A stretch of DNA of 64,000 bases, taken from contig NC_043024.1 of assembly GCF_006345805.1 (NCBI RefSeq), forward strand, positions 15,004,001 through 15,068,000. The letters run 5' to 3'. Position numbers and translations under genes: made by a program. This document shows, in pieces, positions 1 through 12,564 of this stretch (its first letter is position 1; each line of letters begins with the position of its first letter). Source of the stretch: Octopus sinensis (taxonomy: Eukaryota). The notes beneath the pieces were generated by a model. It saw nothing but the letters and a program-made list of their open reading frames with translations, was not told the DNA's origin and did not search any database.

Positions 1-289
1 AGGGACACATTGAGGATTGCATGTGCTGGGTTTTGGAACCATCTTGAAGCCATGGTAGAAGCTGAGGTTGTCCACTTAAGTAAACTGTTACCTCCCAGCC
101 ATAATCTAGTTGATTTTTTTTACTTTTAAAATACATTTGATTTTTGGATAGTATATTGTGTTTTCAAGTTTATGTATTTGTTTTTTGCAAGATTCTTGAT
201 GGGAATTGTGTGTTGAAACAGATATTGTTGTCCTCGGGGATGGTCATATTTTGCCAATTAAATATAAGCACTATATATATTTGGTCTTA

Positions 290-722
290 AGCTTTAACCA
301 AATCAGAACCAAAATCGAAGTCGATCAACATCAATGGAAATTGCAGCTGTGATACCAGTGCCGGTGGCACGTAAGCGAACCATCCGATCGTGGCCGTTGC
401 CAGTGCTGCCTCGACTGGCCTCCATGCCGGTGGCACGTAAAAAGCACCATCCGATCGTGGCCATTGCCAGCCTCGCGTGACACGTAAAAAGCACCATCCG
501 ACCATGGCTGTTTGCCAGCCCCGTCTGGCACCTGTGCCAGTGGCACGTAAAAAGCACCCACTACACTCACGGAGTGGTTGGCGTTAGGAAGGGCATCCAG
601 CTGTAGAAACATTGCCAGATAAGACTGGAGCCTGGTGCAGCCTTCTGGCTTCCCAGACCCCAGTTGAACCATCCAACCCATGCCAGCATGGAAAGCGGAT
701 ACTAAATGATGATGATGATGAT
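290..722 (+). mobile_element. RTE-clade LINE 3' UTR fragment with internal ~40-bp tandem repeats and (GAT)n tail
   Basis: Same sequence family as 52921-53585 (minus), where it follows an RTE-like ORF C-terminus; GTGGCACGTAAAAAGCACC repeats; ends in gatgatgatg. Boundaries approximate. Confidence 0.6.
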
Positions 723-942
723 AGTGAGCTGGCATAATCGTTAGCACGCTGGATGAAATGCTTAGCCATTGCTACATTCTGAGTTCAAATTCCACAGAGG
801 TCAACTTTGTCTTTCATCCTTTCAGGATCGATAAATTAAGTACCAGTTATGCATTGGGATCAATGCAATCGACCATCCCCCTCCTCCAAATTTCAGGTCC
901 TGTACCCATAATAGAAAGAATTATTATTTTAGTGTTCTTTTT

Positions 943-1099
943 CTGAAGTCTTTTGTCACACATCCTGTGACCTCTTCAGCGACTCTCCAACCCACGTGTT
1001 GCCTCTTGTTCCATCTAGTCCATTCTGTCTTTCTGAGAAGAGACATATAGAATGGAGAATTGCTGAAGAGGTCACAGGATGTGTGACAAAAGATTTCAG
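943..1099. repeat. Fold-back inverted repeat with degenerate hammerhead-like motif (Penelope-like remnant)
   Basis: 943-988 is the reverse complement of ~1054-1099; the arm carries CTGAAGA-G-GTCACA/TGTGAC stem-AAAA. Confidence 0.5.
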
Positions 1100-1431
1100 G
1101 CAAAGGACACAAAACAAAAAACAATATCAAAGCTGAAATGAAGAACGAATACATAGTGTATGTGGTTAATTGACAATGATTTGTGTTGGGTCGATAAATT
1201 AAGTACCAGTTGTGTACTGGGGTCAATGTAATTGACTAGTCCCTGCCCCCAAAATTTCAGGCTTTGAGTAGAAAAGAATTGTTAGCATGCTGCCGCTGAG
1301 GTCAACTTTGCCTTTCATCCTTTTGGGGTCGATAAACTAAGTACTCTTGGGCTTTTCCTTTTATGCAAACTGTTGGATTTCACCTGAACATCCTGTAAAC
1401 CAGCAATGGATTGAAAATATCAAAACATTCA

Positions 1432-1836
1432 CCTCTTTTACTTGTTTCAGTCATTTGACTGTGGCCATGTTGGAGCGCCACCTTTAGTTGAAGAAATCGA
1501 TCCCAGGACTTATTCTTTGTAAGCCTAGAACTTATTCTATTAGTCTCTTTTGCCGAACTGCTAAGTTACGGGGACGTAAACACACCGGCATCGGTTGTCA
1601 AGCGATGTTGGGGGACCAACACAGACACACACACATACATATATATGAGTGTGTGTGTGTATATACATATATACGATGGGCTTCTTTCAGTTTCCGTCTA
1701 CCAAATCCACTCAAAGGGCTTTGGTCAGCTCGAAACTATAGTAGAAGACACTTGCCCAAGGTGCCACACAATGAGACTGAACCCAGAACCATGTGGTTGG
1801 TAAGCAAGTTACTTACCACACAGCCACTCCTGCGCC
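1432..1836 (-). mobile_element. tRNA-derived SINE (major family with GACTGAAACAAGTAAAAGAG tail)
   Basis: Head GGCGCAGGAGTGGCTGTGTGGTAAG and B-box-like GGTTCAGTCC on the minus strand, central (TA/CA)n, conserved tail; more than 15 copies or fragments in the window. Confidence 0.85.
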
Positions 1837-3811
1837 TATCTACTAAATTCTGCAAAATCAAGGAAGCAATCTGATCAGTAATTAAAAAACTATAACGATG
1901 CTCTACCTCTCTCAAGCAAATAATTATTTGAGATGCATTTAATTATGGTGCTTTCAGTGATAAACCAATTTTGGAAAATAGTAATTTAACTGTTCAGGAA
2001 ATTACATCCAATAAATAATATAAGACTTTAAATTTTATAGGAATTTTATAAAATTACATTTCCATTTACGTATAAATGCAAATATTGTGTCACAAATTTC
2101 AGTGATTTTTACATGAATTTCACAAAAATTTCTTCTTTTTTACTTCTATTGATTGAGAATGTTTTTAACAAATCATCTCAATGTCTTGTGTATAATAGTT
2201 TATGTCTAATAACAAGGTTTTTGAATGAGAATAATTTTCCATGAATTGCACATTTATAAGGTTTTACCTGTGTTTTTTCCCCAATTGATATTAATGAAAC
2301 AATGATGGCAGTGAGTTGGCAGAGTCATTAGAGTGTCAGACAAACTGCTGCTAAGCATTTCATCTGACTCTTTGTTCTGAGTTCAAATCTCACCAAGGTC
2401 TACTTTGCCTTTTTTCCTTTCGGGATCGATAAAATAAGTACCAGTGAAGTACTGGGGTTGATATAATTGACTAAACCCCTCCTTAAAATTGCAGGCCTTG
2501 CACCATTTAGAATTGTGAACTGGCAGAATCGTTATGGTGTCGGACAAAATGCTTAGAGGTATTTCTTCCAGCTCCTTACATTCTGAGTTCAAAACCTGCC
2601 AAGGGCAACTTTGGTTTTCCTCTTTTGCGAGTTTATAAAATAAAGAATCAGTCAAAAGCCGGAGTCAATGAGATCGATTGGCCATCTCCCACAAAATTTC
2701 AGTCCTTGAGCTTACTGTAGACAAATATGAATGAGATTGTGATAGTTGCTAGCTAGCAGCTGCCAAGGTTGACTTAGCCTTTCATCCTTTAGGGGTCGAT
2801 AAATTAAGTACCAGTTGTGTACTGGGGTCAATGTAATTGACTAGTCCCCGCCCCCAAAATTTCAGGCTTTGAGTAGAAAAGAATTGTTAGCATGCTGCCG
2901 CTGAGGTCAACTTTGCCTTTCATCCTTTTGGGATCGATAAACTAAGTACCAGTGAAACACTGGGGTCAATGTAATCGACTAGTCCCTGCCTCCCAAATTT
3001 CATGACTGGTGCCTTGAGTAGAAATGAATTGTTAGCATGCTGGACAAAATGTTTTGTGGTATTTCTTCAGACATTTTATATTCTGAGTTCAAATGTGCTT
3101 TTCATCATTTTGGGGTTGGGGTCGATAAAATATAGTATCAGCCAAGTACTGGGACCCCTTACCCGACCCCTAAATACAAGAGAAAATTATTGATGAGATT
3201 GTGCTACAATAAAAAACTTTAATGAGGACTACATTTTTTCCCCTTTTCTTTTTACTGTAACCACAAGACTTGAAATTTTAGGGTACGGGGTTGTCAATTA
3301 CCTCAACCCCAATGCTTGACTAGTACTAATTTTATTGACCCTGAAAGGATGAGAGGCAAAGTAGACCTTGGTGGAATTTAAACCCAGAATGTAAAACCGG
3401 AAGAAATACCACTAAGTATTATGTTTGGTGCAGTAATAATTGTGCCAGCTTGCCACCTTATCATAATGACAAAGAATGGTTACAAGATCTTTCAGCAAGG
3501 TGTATTTGTGGATAACAAGATTACAATTCAGAGTCATATCTACCGTATTTCACACTAATAGTTTTTTCTTCTTAAGCCTGTATTCAAACTTGTGGATGAC
3601 AAGAAAAGACTAATTCACACTAAATTTTTCTCACGTATTTCATTCACAATAACATTTTGTTAACCACAAGTTTATAATTTACAAATATTTTTACAAAAAA
3701 GTCTCTCTCAAATGCAAATACATTTGTAGATTACAAGATGAGAATGATTCCCTTTACATTTCACCATGATAGATATTGTCTTATGTGTGTACACAATGTT
3801 GGACTAGAAAT

Positions 3812-5146
3812 TTACATTTGCAAGACCATTTCTGGTGTTTCGCGATTAAGAGGCTTCCGTTCGGTGTGGATCTGTTTGTGTCTTGTTAAGTGACTGTTGG
3901 TGATAAAAGATTTCCCACAGACCTCACAGCTGTACGGTTTTTCTCCCGTGTGGCTGCGGATGTGAGTGACAAGATGGGAATTATTCATGTAAGACTTCCC
4001 ACACACCTCACAGTGATAGGGTTTTTCCCCAGTGTGACTTCGTTTGTGGATGACAAGATTCGAATTATTAGAAAAAGACTTTTCACATATATCGCAATGA
4101 AACAGTTTTTCCCTGTTGTGTATTCGTTTGTGACTGATTAAATAACTATTATCGATAAAAGCTTTCCCACACACTTTGCAATGATAGGGTTTTTCCCCTG
4201 TATGGATTCGTTTGTGGACAACAAAGTTCGAATTATAATTGAAAGATTTGCCACATGTCTCACAATGAAAAGGTTTTTCTCCCGTGTGGATAATTTTATG
4301 CCTTGTTAAATTACTGTTATTAACGAAAGACTTCCCACATATTACACAGTGGAAGGACTTCTCCCCAGTATGGGCCCTTTTGTGGGTCATTAATTTGGTG
4401 TTAGACACAAACGACTTTTCGCATATTTCACAACGGAAAGGTTTTTCTCCGGTGTGACTACGAATGTGGGTGACAAGATTCGAGTTTTTCGTGAACGATC
4501 GTTCACATATCTGACAGTGGAACAGTTTCTCTTCGTTATGTATTCTTCTGTGGCTTGTCAAGTAATTATTGCCGACGAATGATTTCCCACAGATTTCACA
4601 GTGATACGGTTTTTCCCCAGTATGTATTCGTCTGTGGATAACAAGTTTCGAATTATAATTGAAAGATTTCCCACAGACTTCACAGTGAAAAGTCTTTCCT
4701 CCTGCGTGAATTCGATTATGACTTGTCAAGTCGCTGTTCGAGACAAAAGACTTCTCACAAATGAGACACTGGAACGATTTCGACCCCATGTGTATTCTTC
4801 TGTGTCTGTTTAAATCGCCGTTGGAGGCAAAACATTTCCCACATATCTCACAACAGTAGGATTTTTCTCCCGTGTGTACCAAGTTGTGTCTGGTTAACTT
4901 ACTGTTCGAAACAAAGGCTTTCCCGCAGACTTCACAGCGGAAAACTTTTACCTTGTGTATTTCTGTGTGTGTGAATAATTCATGTTCTGAAAAAAAGGTT
5001 TTACTGCAAATATCGCAGCGATATTCCGTGATATTTCTCTGATCCGTGAATGCTTCTTCGCATGAAGGCTTCTCACCATTGAATGTCTCTGGAACGGAAT
5101 CGACATCGTTAAAAACCGTTTTATCAGAAGTATTAACGTCTTCCAT
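3812..5146 (-). CDS. Tandem C2H2 zinc-finger protein, 444 aa, 14 fingers, single coding exon
   Basis: Uninterrupted ORF with 14 CxxC-x12-HxxxH units, mostly joined by TGEKP-type linkers; short acidic N-terminus, no KRAB/BTB recognised. Confidence 0.95.
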   Translation of the reverse strand: MEDVNTSDKTVFNDVDSVPETFNGEKPSCEEAFTDQRNITEYRCDICSKTFFSEHELFTHTEIHKVKVFRCEVCGKAFVSNSKLTRHNLVHTGEKSYCCEICGKCFASNGDLNRHRRIHMGSKSFQCLICEKSFVSNSDLTSHNRIHAGGKTFHCEVCGKSFNYNSKLVIHRRIHTGEKPYHCEICGKSFVGNNYLTSHRRIHNEEKLFHCQICERSFTKNSNLVTHIRSHTGEKPFRCEICEKSFVSNTKLMTHKRAHTGEKSFHCVICGKSFVNNSNLTRHKIIHTGEKPFHCETCGKSFNYNSNFVVHKRIHTGEKPYHCKVCGKAFIDNSYLISHKRIHNREKLFHCDICEKSFSNNSNLVIHKRSHTGEKPYHCEVCGKSYMNNSHLVTHIRSHTGEKPYSCEVCGKSFITNSHLTRHKQIHTERKPLNRETPEMVLQM

Positions 5147-6516
5147 ATTAATTAACCAGGAATTCTTAAAAGCAGAAGAAATGTCTGTGACTATGATCGA
5201 TTATGGTTGAGTTTCTTGCCTTGGATATCTCTGAATTCTGTTTACATGATTAAATCCAATTAACAGAATTAAATGTCAAGCTGGGAGGCAGGCGGTGTCG
5301 ACCATCAAATTTCCCTTGTCTGAATAACACCGGTGACATACGTTAAATGTCCCTAAGTAAGTGACTATCTTTAAATGCATTAAAACACTGTAACATACAT
5401 GATCTGGACACTATGGATTTGGTCGGCGGAAACTGAAAGAAGCCCGTCATATATATGTATACATGTATGTGTGTGTGTGTATATGTTTGTGTGTCTGTGT
5501 TTGTGTCCCCCATCATCGCTTGATAACCGATGTTGGTGTGTTTATGTCCCCGTAACTTAGTGGTTCGGCAAAAGAGACCGATAGAATAAGTACTGGGCTT
5601 CTAAAGAATTAGTCCTGGGGTCGATTTGCTCGACTAAAGGCAGTGCTCCAGCATGGCCGCAGTCAAATGACTGAAACAAGTAAAAGAATAAAATAGTAAA
5701 AGAGTAACCTTATAAAAACTACTTCACCTGAGTAAGTGACCATCTTTAAATGCCTTAAAACACTGTAACATGATCTGAACACTATTTCAGAAAGTTATCA
5801 CCAATCTCATTGAGCATATAAAAAGACAAATTTAGATGGGGCAAAATGAGTAAGACAAGTTAAGGTAAATTTACCTTTTCAATTCCCTAGAATTAATACA
5901 TTCAGAAACTCCTGTTACAATAATTTACTCCTTTAACACTATCTAACCTACGTTAAAAAGAAAAAAAGAAAGGAAAATTATTGACTTAAATAATTGTTGT
6001 GTACCAATGAAGAAGCTTCGAAGCAACATTTTTTCTTTTAAGAAATGGGCTGCAAAAGACATGATCCATCACCTGGCAGACCACACTAAAAAAAACCCCA
6101 AAAAATCAAGGTAATTTTTCGTTGGTCTTCCATTCAGAAAGTCCCACAGGCTGTGGTTTGCCAGTGACTGCTCTATATTGTCGTTCGACCTACTATAAAA
6201 AGCAGTCAAATTTTATTTGAACCACAACCTACTCTTTCAGTAGAGTGAACTATATATTCACCAATGTATTCCAAGATAGGAAAAAAAAAAAAATCAACCC
6301 AAAAGCAGAACAAAAAAACAAAACAAAACGAAACGAAACTCGATGGTCACTCTTGAAACACCTTTCATCATAGGTGAGATCAATGATGTTAATATAGAGC
6401 TTAAGCAACACTGTATTGGTATAAGAATTTGGGGCGGGGTACAATAAGGTGTTTAACTGCACTTTTGACTTGGAGAAGAAATATATTTTTTACAAATGTT
6501 TATAGCGCACTATATA

Positions 6517-6921
6517 GGCGCAGGAGTGGCTTGCTTACCAACCACATGGTTCCAGGTTCAGTCCCACTGTGTGGCACCTTGGTCAAGTGTCTTCTACTAT
6601 AGCCTCGGGCTGACCAATGACTTGTGAGTGGATTTGGTCGGCGGAAACTGAAAGAAGCCCGTCGTATATATATGTATACATATATGTGTGTGTGTATATG
6701 TTTGTGTGTCTGTGTTTGTGTCCCCCATCATCGCTTGATAACCGATGTTGGTGTGTTTATGTCCCCGTAACTTAGTGGTTCGGCAAAAGAGACCGATAGA
6801 ATAAGTACTGGGCTTCTAAAGAATTAGTCCTGGGGTCGATTTGCTCGACTAAAGGCAGTGCTCCAGCATGGCCGCAGTCAAATGACTGAAACAAGTAAAA
6901 GAATAAAATAGTAAAAGAGTA
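6517..6921 (+). mobile_element. SINE (major family) inserted in an unclassified repeat
   Basis: Head-to-tail match to other copies; 3' part duplicated at ~5414-5705. Confidence 0.85.
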
Positions 6922-7554
6922 ACCTTATAAAAACTACTTCACCTGAGTAAGTGACCATCTTTAAATGCCTTAAAACACTGTAACATGATCTGAACACTAA
7001 TCTCATTGGGCATATAAAAATACAAATTTAGATGGGGCAAAATGAGTAAAACAAGTTAAGGTAAATTTACCTTTTCAATTCCCTAGAATTATATTTGCAA
7101 AAAGACTCATACACATCGATATCCTTCCTTAGGCACCAGGAAGATCAGACATGTAACAAAAATTTTAAATGTCTGCAGCAAATGAAAGAGGATCATGATA
7201 TGAAATTAACGAAACTCAACTAGATAAAAATCAACTCAACATAAAATAATTTCTATAGCTTCTTTATGTTCTCCTGGAATGTATTTTTCCCAGTACGTTT
7301 ATGCACCATACAGTGAAAGAGAAGAAATTCTTGAAATTACACATTACTCATTTTGCCCCATTTTAGACATTTTTTTTTAAATTAGCAAATTTGACATTAG
7401 TATAGGAAAAGATTGACTTGGAATCCAACAGAAAAAAAGAATATTGATTATCAAACGCCAAAAGTTATGCAGATATTTTATTAGCGACCAAAATTAACCG
7501 GGTCAAAGTTGAAAAATTTCTCGAAAAAACAGTACCTGTCATCTATGTTATGGA

Positions 7555-7911
7555 TATGGAAGCACTCCGTCGGTCACGACAACGAGGGTTCCGGTTGATC
7601 CGAATCAACAGAACAGCCTGCTCATGAAATTAACATGTAAGTGGCTGAGCACTAGTTCTCGGGGATATTCAGCGTGACACAGAGAGTGACAAGGCCGGCC
7701 CTTTGAAATACAGGTACAACAGAAACAGGAAGTAAGAGTGAGAGAAAGTTGTGGTGAAAGAGTACAGCAGGGATCACCACCATCCCCTGCCGGAGCCTCG
7801 TGGAGCTTTAGGTGTTTTCGCTCAATAAACACTCACAACGCCCGGTCTGGGAATCGAAACCGCGATCCTATGACCGCGAGTCCGCTGCCCTAACCACTGG
7901 GCCATTGCGCC
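7555..7911 (-). mobile_element. tRNA-derived SINE (second family, head GGCGCAATGGCCCAGTGGTTAGG)
   Basis: A/B-box-like tRNA head on the minus strand; related copies at ~20430-20735, ~28445-28617 and ~30117-30400. Confidence 0.75.
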
Positions 7912-8342
7912 GCCCATCTATGTTATACACACACTCACACACATGCTCACACACTCACACACACACATTCATTTTATAAATAATCAGCAGAAATTGGAGA
8001 GTGACTCAGGTGCTGAGAGTTTCATGTGTTGGCCAATGCACGAAACTATTGGCCCTTGAGTCACTCTGTGACTTCTGATTATTAATATACACATGTACAA
8101 GTGATGGCTGTCCACTCGTGACCAAGGAAGACCATTGCCGACTTTTAGGAAGATTGTGCGTTCAAGGACTAACTTATATTTTGCATTTGCAGCTCCGTTG
8201 GTGGGGGGGGGGCTAATGAGCCCTGCTCTTAACAAGCATACAATGACTCCAAACATTGTAAACCAAGCTTTCCCCATTCACTCCACCAGCAGTGTGCTTC
8301 CGAGCAGCACACATAAGTTCTTCATGCAGAATACATGCTCCC

Positions 8343-9240
8343 AGAGCATCATAGCCACATGTTGAGAAGGATTCTTTGGGGTTTGAATAAATGTAAGAAA
8401 AGTAAAGTTTGAAGGGAATATTAGCTATTTTTCTTACTTTCTAAGGGTAAGCAAAGAGGAAATAAGGGTTGCTACCCAAGGACAAAAAATATTATTATAG
8501 CAAATATTCTGCTCAATATCACAGGTTTTGTTTGTCAGTTGCTTGACCTTTAACCACTTGAGCATGTCCCTTAGTGGCTGACAATATGTGCATCTCTAAA
8601 TCACAAGCAGGAGTAGTGGCAGAGCATCATAGCCCTATGTTGAGAGGGATTCTTTGGGGTTTCAATAAATGTAGTGAAAGCAAAGTTTGAAGGAGATATT
8701 AGTCATTTTCCATACTTTCTAGGGGTAAGCATGTAGGAAATAACAATTGCTACCCAAAGACAAAAAATATTGTTACAGCAAATATTCTGCTTAATATCAC
8801 AGGTTTTGTTTGTCAGTTGCTTGACCATGACCAGTTGAGCCTGTCCCTTAGTGGCTGACAATATGCACATCTCTGATGATGAGCAGGAGTATTGGTGGAG
8901 CAATGTATAAGGTGGTGAGCTGGCAGAAACGTTAACATGCTGGGCAAAATGCGTAACCGTATTTCGTCTGCCGTTATGTTCCGAGTTCAAATTCCGCCGA
9001 GGTCGACTTTGCCTTTCATCCTTTCAGGGTCGATTAAATAAGTACCAGTTATGCACTGGAGTCGATATAATCGACTTAATCTCTTTGTTTGTCCTCTCTG
9101 TGTTTGGCCCCTTGTGGGTAGTAAAGAAATAGGTGGAGCAATGTAGTCATGTGTTGAGAGGGATTCTTTGGGGTTTGAATAAATGTAACAAAAGTAAAGT
9201 TTGAAGGGAACATTAACCATTTATTGTACTTTCTAGAGGT
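8343..9240. repeat. Degenerate ~280-bp tandem repeat of an interspersed element, interrupted by a SINE
   Basis: GAGCATCATAGCC..GTTGAGAGGGATTCTTTGGGGTTTGAATAAATG recurs at ~8345, ~8622 and ~9136; same family at ~52270-52545. Confidence 0.6.
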
Positions 9241-9249
9241 ATAACAGTC

Positions 9250-9422
9250 GTTATAAAACCTGCTTCCTCCATCTGTGGTGATGACAGGCAATGACAGGTA
9301 TTGCTCTCCCTGTCAGTCTCCTGCATTTTGCAGGCCTTTAACGAGGACTTGACACAGTCCTTAAATTGCAACCTTGGTTTCTGCCGGGGTCTCTTTCCAT
9401 TTGCAAGTTCTCCATTTGCAAA
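9250..9422 (-). mobile_element. RTE (BovB-like) LINE ORF C-terminal fragment
   Basis: Translation GELANGKRPRQKPRLQFKDCVKSSLKAC resembles the RTE C-terminal GEL..GKR..G.P..R.KD motif. Confidence 0.6.
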
Positions 9423-9616
9423 AATACATACATACATACATACACACATACATACATACATACACACACACATACACATACATACATACATACATACATA
9501 CATACATACACACACATACATACACACACACATACATACACACACATACATACATACATACATACTATGCACACACACACACACATGTGCACACATATAG
9601 AGATATAGAATATAGA

Positions 9617-10017
9617 CGGAGTGGCTGTGTGGTAAGTAGCTTACTAACCAACCACATTGTTCTGGGTTCAGTCCCACTGCGTGGCATCTTGGGCAAGTGT
9701 CTTCTGCTATAGCCCAGGGCCGACCAATACCTTGTGAGTGGATTTGGTAGACGGAAACTGAAAGAAGCCTGTCGTATATATGTATATATATATGTGTGTG
9801 TGTATATGTTTGTGTCTGTGTTTGTCCCCCTAGCATTGCTTGACAACCGATGCTGGTGTGTTTACGTCCCCGTCACTTAGCGGTTCGGCAAAAGAGACCG
9901 ATAGAATAAGTACTGGGCTATCAAAGAATAAGTCCCGGGGTCGATTTGCTCGACTAAAGGCGGTGCTCCAGCATGGCCGCAGTCAAATGACTGAAACAAG
10001 TAAAAGAGTAAAAGAGT
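9617..10017 (+). mobile_element. SINE (major family, young CpG-rich copy)
   Basis: Close match to copies at 25277-25670 and 44965-45370. Confidence 0.85.
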
Positions 10018-10427
10018 AATAGGCATGGCCAAGAAGTTTGAGTTTGCTATTTCTTGCAGATCGAATGACTGCATTGAGTCTCTTGTTAGCTTTGCTATTA
10101 GTCATATTTAGAATAGCAAAAGTCAAAATTTATCTCCAAACAAAAATATTCTTTTGCTTCAAGGCTAACTCATGCTTTTATCCGTTGTTTTACAACTGTG
10201 ATGAAGCAGGTTAGGTTTGAAGCTTCCTCCAAAATTAATTCCAGAGAATATGTTCCTATTTAATCTTCCATGAAATGGCTACTTATTTATATCCACTTCC
10301 TTCATATAATGACAAATTTGGTTTATTTATGGTACTGTCTATCTATCTGTCTGTTTGTCTATTGAAAGTAAAGATAGTAGAGAGAAAGTTGTATCTCTCT
10401 CTCTCTCTCTCTCTCTGTATGTATGTA

Positions 10428-10488
<61 letters not shown>

Positions 10489-10660
10489 AGGGAATAAATC
10501 CAAACTTACAGGGAAAAATTAGATTTAGGATTAAATCCAATTTTATAGTATAAATATATTATATTATATTATATTAAATTAGAGATAAAACCACTGAAAA
10601 ACATAAGCCAAAACATAAAATTAATTTAAAAATATAAAAGTTAAAAATAAAAATTATTTA

Positions 10661-10706
<46 letters not shown>

Positions 10707-10718
10707 ATATATATATAT

Positions 10719-10978
10719 ACTTTATAATTAGGGTTCAGCAAAGATTTGCTTTACCACATACCGAAGTTTAGAAATAGCAGCCAAGAACCTTAGCTATTTC
10801 CTCTACTTTAAAAAGGGACTCCCGGAAAAAAACAAAGTACTTGAAAACAATCCATGCAGGCAGAGAGGAAAAATAACGAAAATCAATCGATATAGGGAAT
10901 AGCTAAGGTTCTTTGGCTGCTATTTCTAAACTTTGGTATGTGGTAAAGCAAATCTTTGCTGAATCCTAATTATAAAGT
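10719..10978. repeat. Long inverted repeat (~85-bp arms) next to (TA)n
   Basis: ACTTTATAATTAGGGTTCAGCAAAGATTTGCTTTACCACATACC... mirrored by ...GGTATGTGGTAAAGCAAATCTTTGCTGAATCCTAATTATAAAGT. Confidence 0.8.
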
Positions 10979-11126
10979 ATTACTTAAGTTTACCGTGAAA
11001 TGGTCCTTTTTCATGCCGAATTCTACTTGGTGAAATTATTGATTACTACTTAATTAATTAATTTTACCCTTTGTTATTATTGATAATATAATTTTCTCCT
11101 ATATATATAAATATATATATATATAT

Positions 11127-11297
11127 TTCGTTTTTGGATTTGGTTTGCAAGATTCTTTATATGAGTTCGTGTGTTGAAGCATATTCTGTTGTGTCTGGGG
11201 AGAGTCATTTTCTTTTTGTGTCTTATAATGTATCACACTCACCAGTGTGTTAAATAATAAGGCACAAAAAGAAAATGACTCTCCCCAGACACAACAG
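11127..11297. repeat. Palindromic repeat (family of 15373-15700) between (TA)n tracts
   Basis: CTGTTGTGTCTGGGGAGAGTCATTTTCTTTTTGTG mirrored by CACAAAAAGAAAATGACTCTCCCCAGACACAACAG. Confidence 0.75.
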
Positions 11298-11831
11298 TAT
11301 ATATATATATAAGTTTAATGCGCATGGCTCAGTGGTTAGAGCATCGAGCTTACGATTGTGAGGTTGTGAGTTTGATTCCCAGACCAGGTTGTGTGTTGTG
11401 TTCTTGAGCAAGACACTTTATTTCACGATGCTCTTGTTCACTCAGCTGTAGAAATGAGTTGCGACATCACAGGTGCCAAGCTGTATCGGTCTTTGCATTT
11501 CCCTTGGACAACACTGGTGGCGTGGAGAGGGGAGGCCGGTATGCATGGGTGACTGCTGGCCTTCCATAAAAACAATCTTGCCTGGATTTGTACCTCGGAG
11601 GGTAACTTTCTAGGTGCAATCCTGTGGTCATTCATGACCGATGGGGTTCTCCTCCTCCAATGCACAATATATGCATTTATCTAATCTAGTGGTAATCACA
11701 AAAAAAAGCTCCTTTAGTAGACCAGGCCACAAACCTCATAGTAAACTAATACAAAAGGGGTTTAATGTAGAGTCTTATGTAGTTGAAATTCAGTAAATCC
11801 AGTCAGTAATGATTATTTCATGGGGAGTATA

Positions 11832-12094
11832 TCTTTATATATAAAAGTCAAATCTACGATTTAGATTCCTAACTACTCCCACATTTTGCGGTGCAGTTTA
11901 ACCAAAACCGAGTATCTTATAGTCGTGATTCATATCGAGCCCTTCTGGGTAATAGCACACGTCTACGATGAGTCTACGATTTAAAAAAAAATTTACCATC
12001 ATTTTTTTCCATTTTTAATGCATTTTTTTGGCTATTTTTTGGCTTTATAGTTATTTCCCTTACAAACCCGAGCAACGCCGGGCGATACTGCTAG
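11832..12094 (+). mobile_element. Non-autonomous Helitron
   Basis: Starts TC after host A, ends CTAG before host T, subterminal hairpin CCCG-AGCAACGC-CGGG; no TSD; copies at 46694 and 63253. Confidence 0.85.
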
Positions 12095-12564
12095 TTGAAT
12101 ATAAAGGAAGTCAGGGGATATGGGATGAATATATCTATGTCCCCAGTTGATATCCATACGATAACAGCTGTTTTGCAGCCCACATCATGCAAAAACAAGT
12201 TGAAAATTGATGTAACCATTATATTCTTTTCCAATCAAGGAACAAGGCCCGAAATTTTTGGAGAGTGGGGGCCAGTCGATTAGATCAACCCCAGTATGCA
12301 ACTTTGTACTTAAATTGTCGACCCTGAAAGGACGAAAAGCAAAGTTGGCCTTGGTGGAATTTGAACTCAAAATGTAAAGACAGACGAAATACCATTAAGC
12401 ATTTAGTATCCGTCTACCAAATGCACCCACAAGGATTTGGTTAGCCTGGGGATATAGTAGGAGATATAAATAGTAGGAGATATCTACCCTAGGTGCCACA
12501 CAGTGGGACTGAACCTGGAACCACGTGATTGGGAAGCAAACTTCTTACAACACAGCCATACCTA

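Noticed and set aside
1488-1874. Recurrent 60-130 aa ORFs with RGYSRRHLPKVP / IVEDTCPRCH motifs
   Set aside because: Chance reading frames of the major SINE, repeated wherever it occurs.
7984-8365. Overlapping 97-aa and 76-aa ORFs in non-microsatellite sequence
   Set aside because: No recognisable motif or convincing splice sites; probably the interior of an unclassified repeat.
8870-8900. CTGATGA as a hammerhead core (also ~52373)
   Set aside because: No stem II followed by GAAA, and no stem I/III pairing found downstream.
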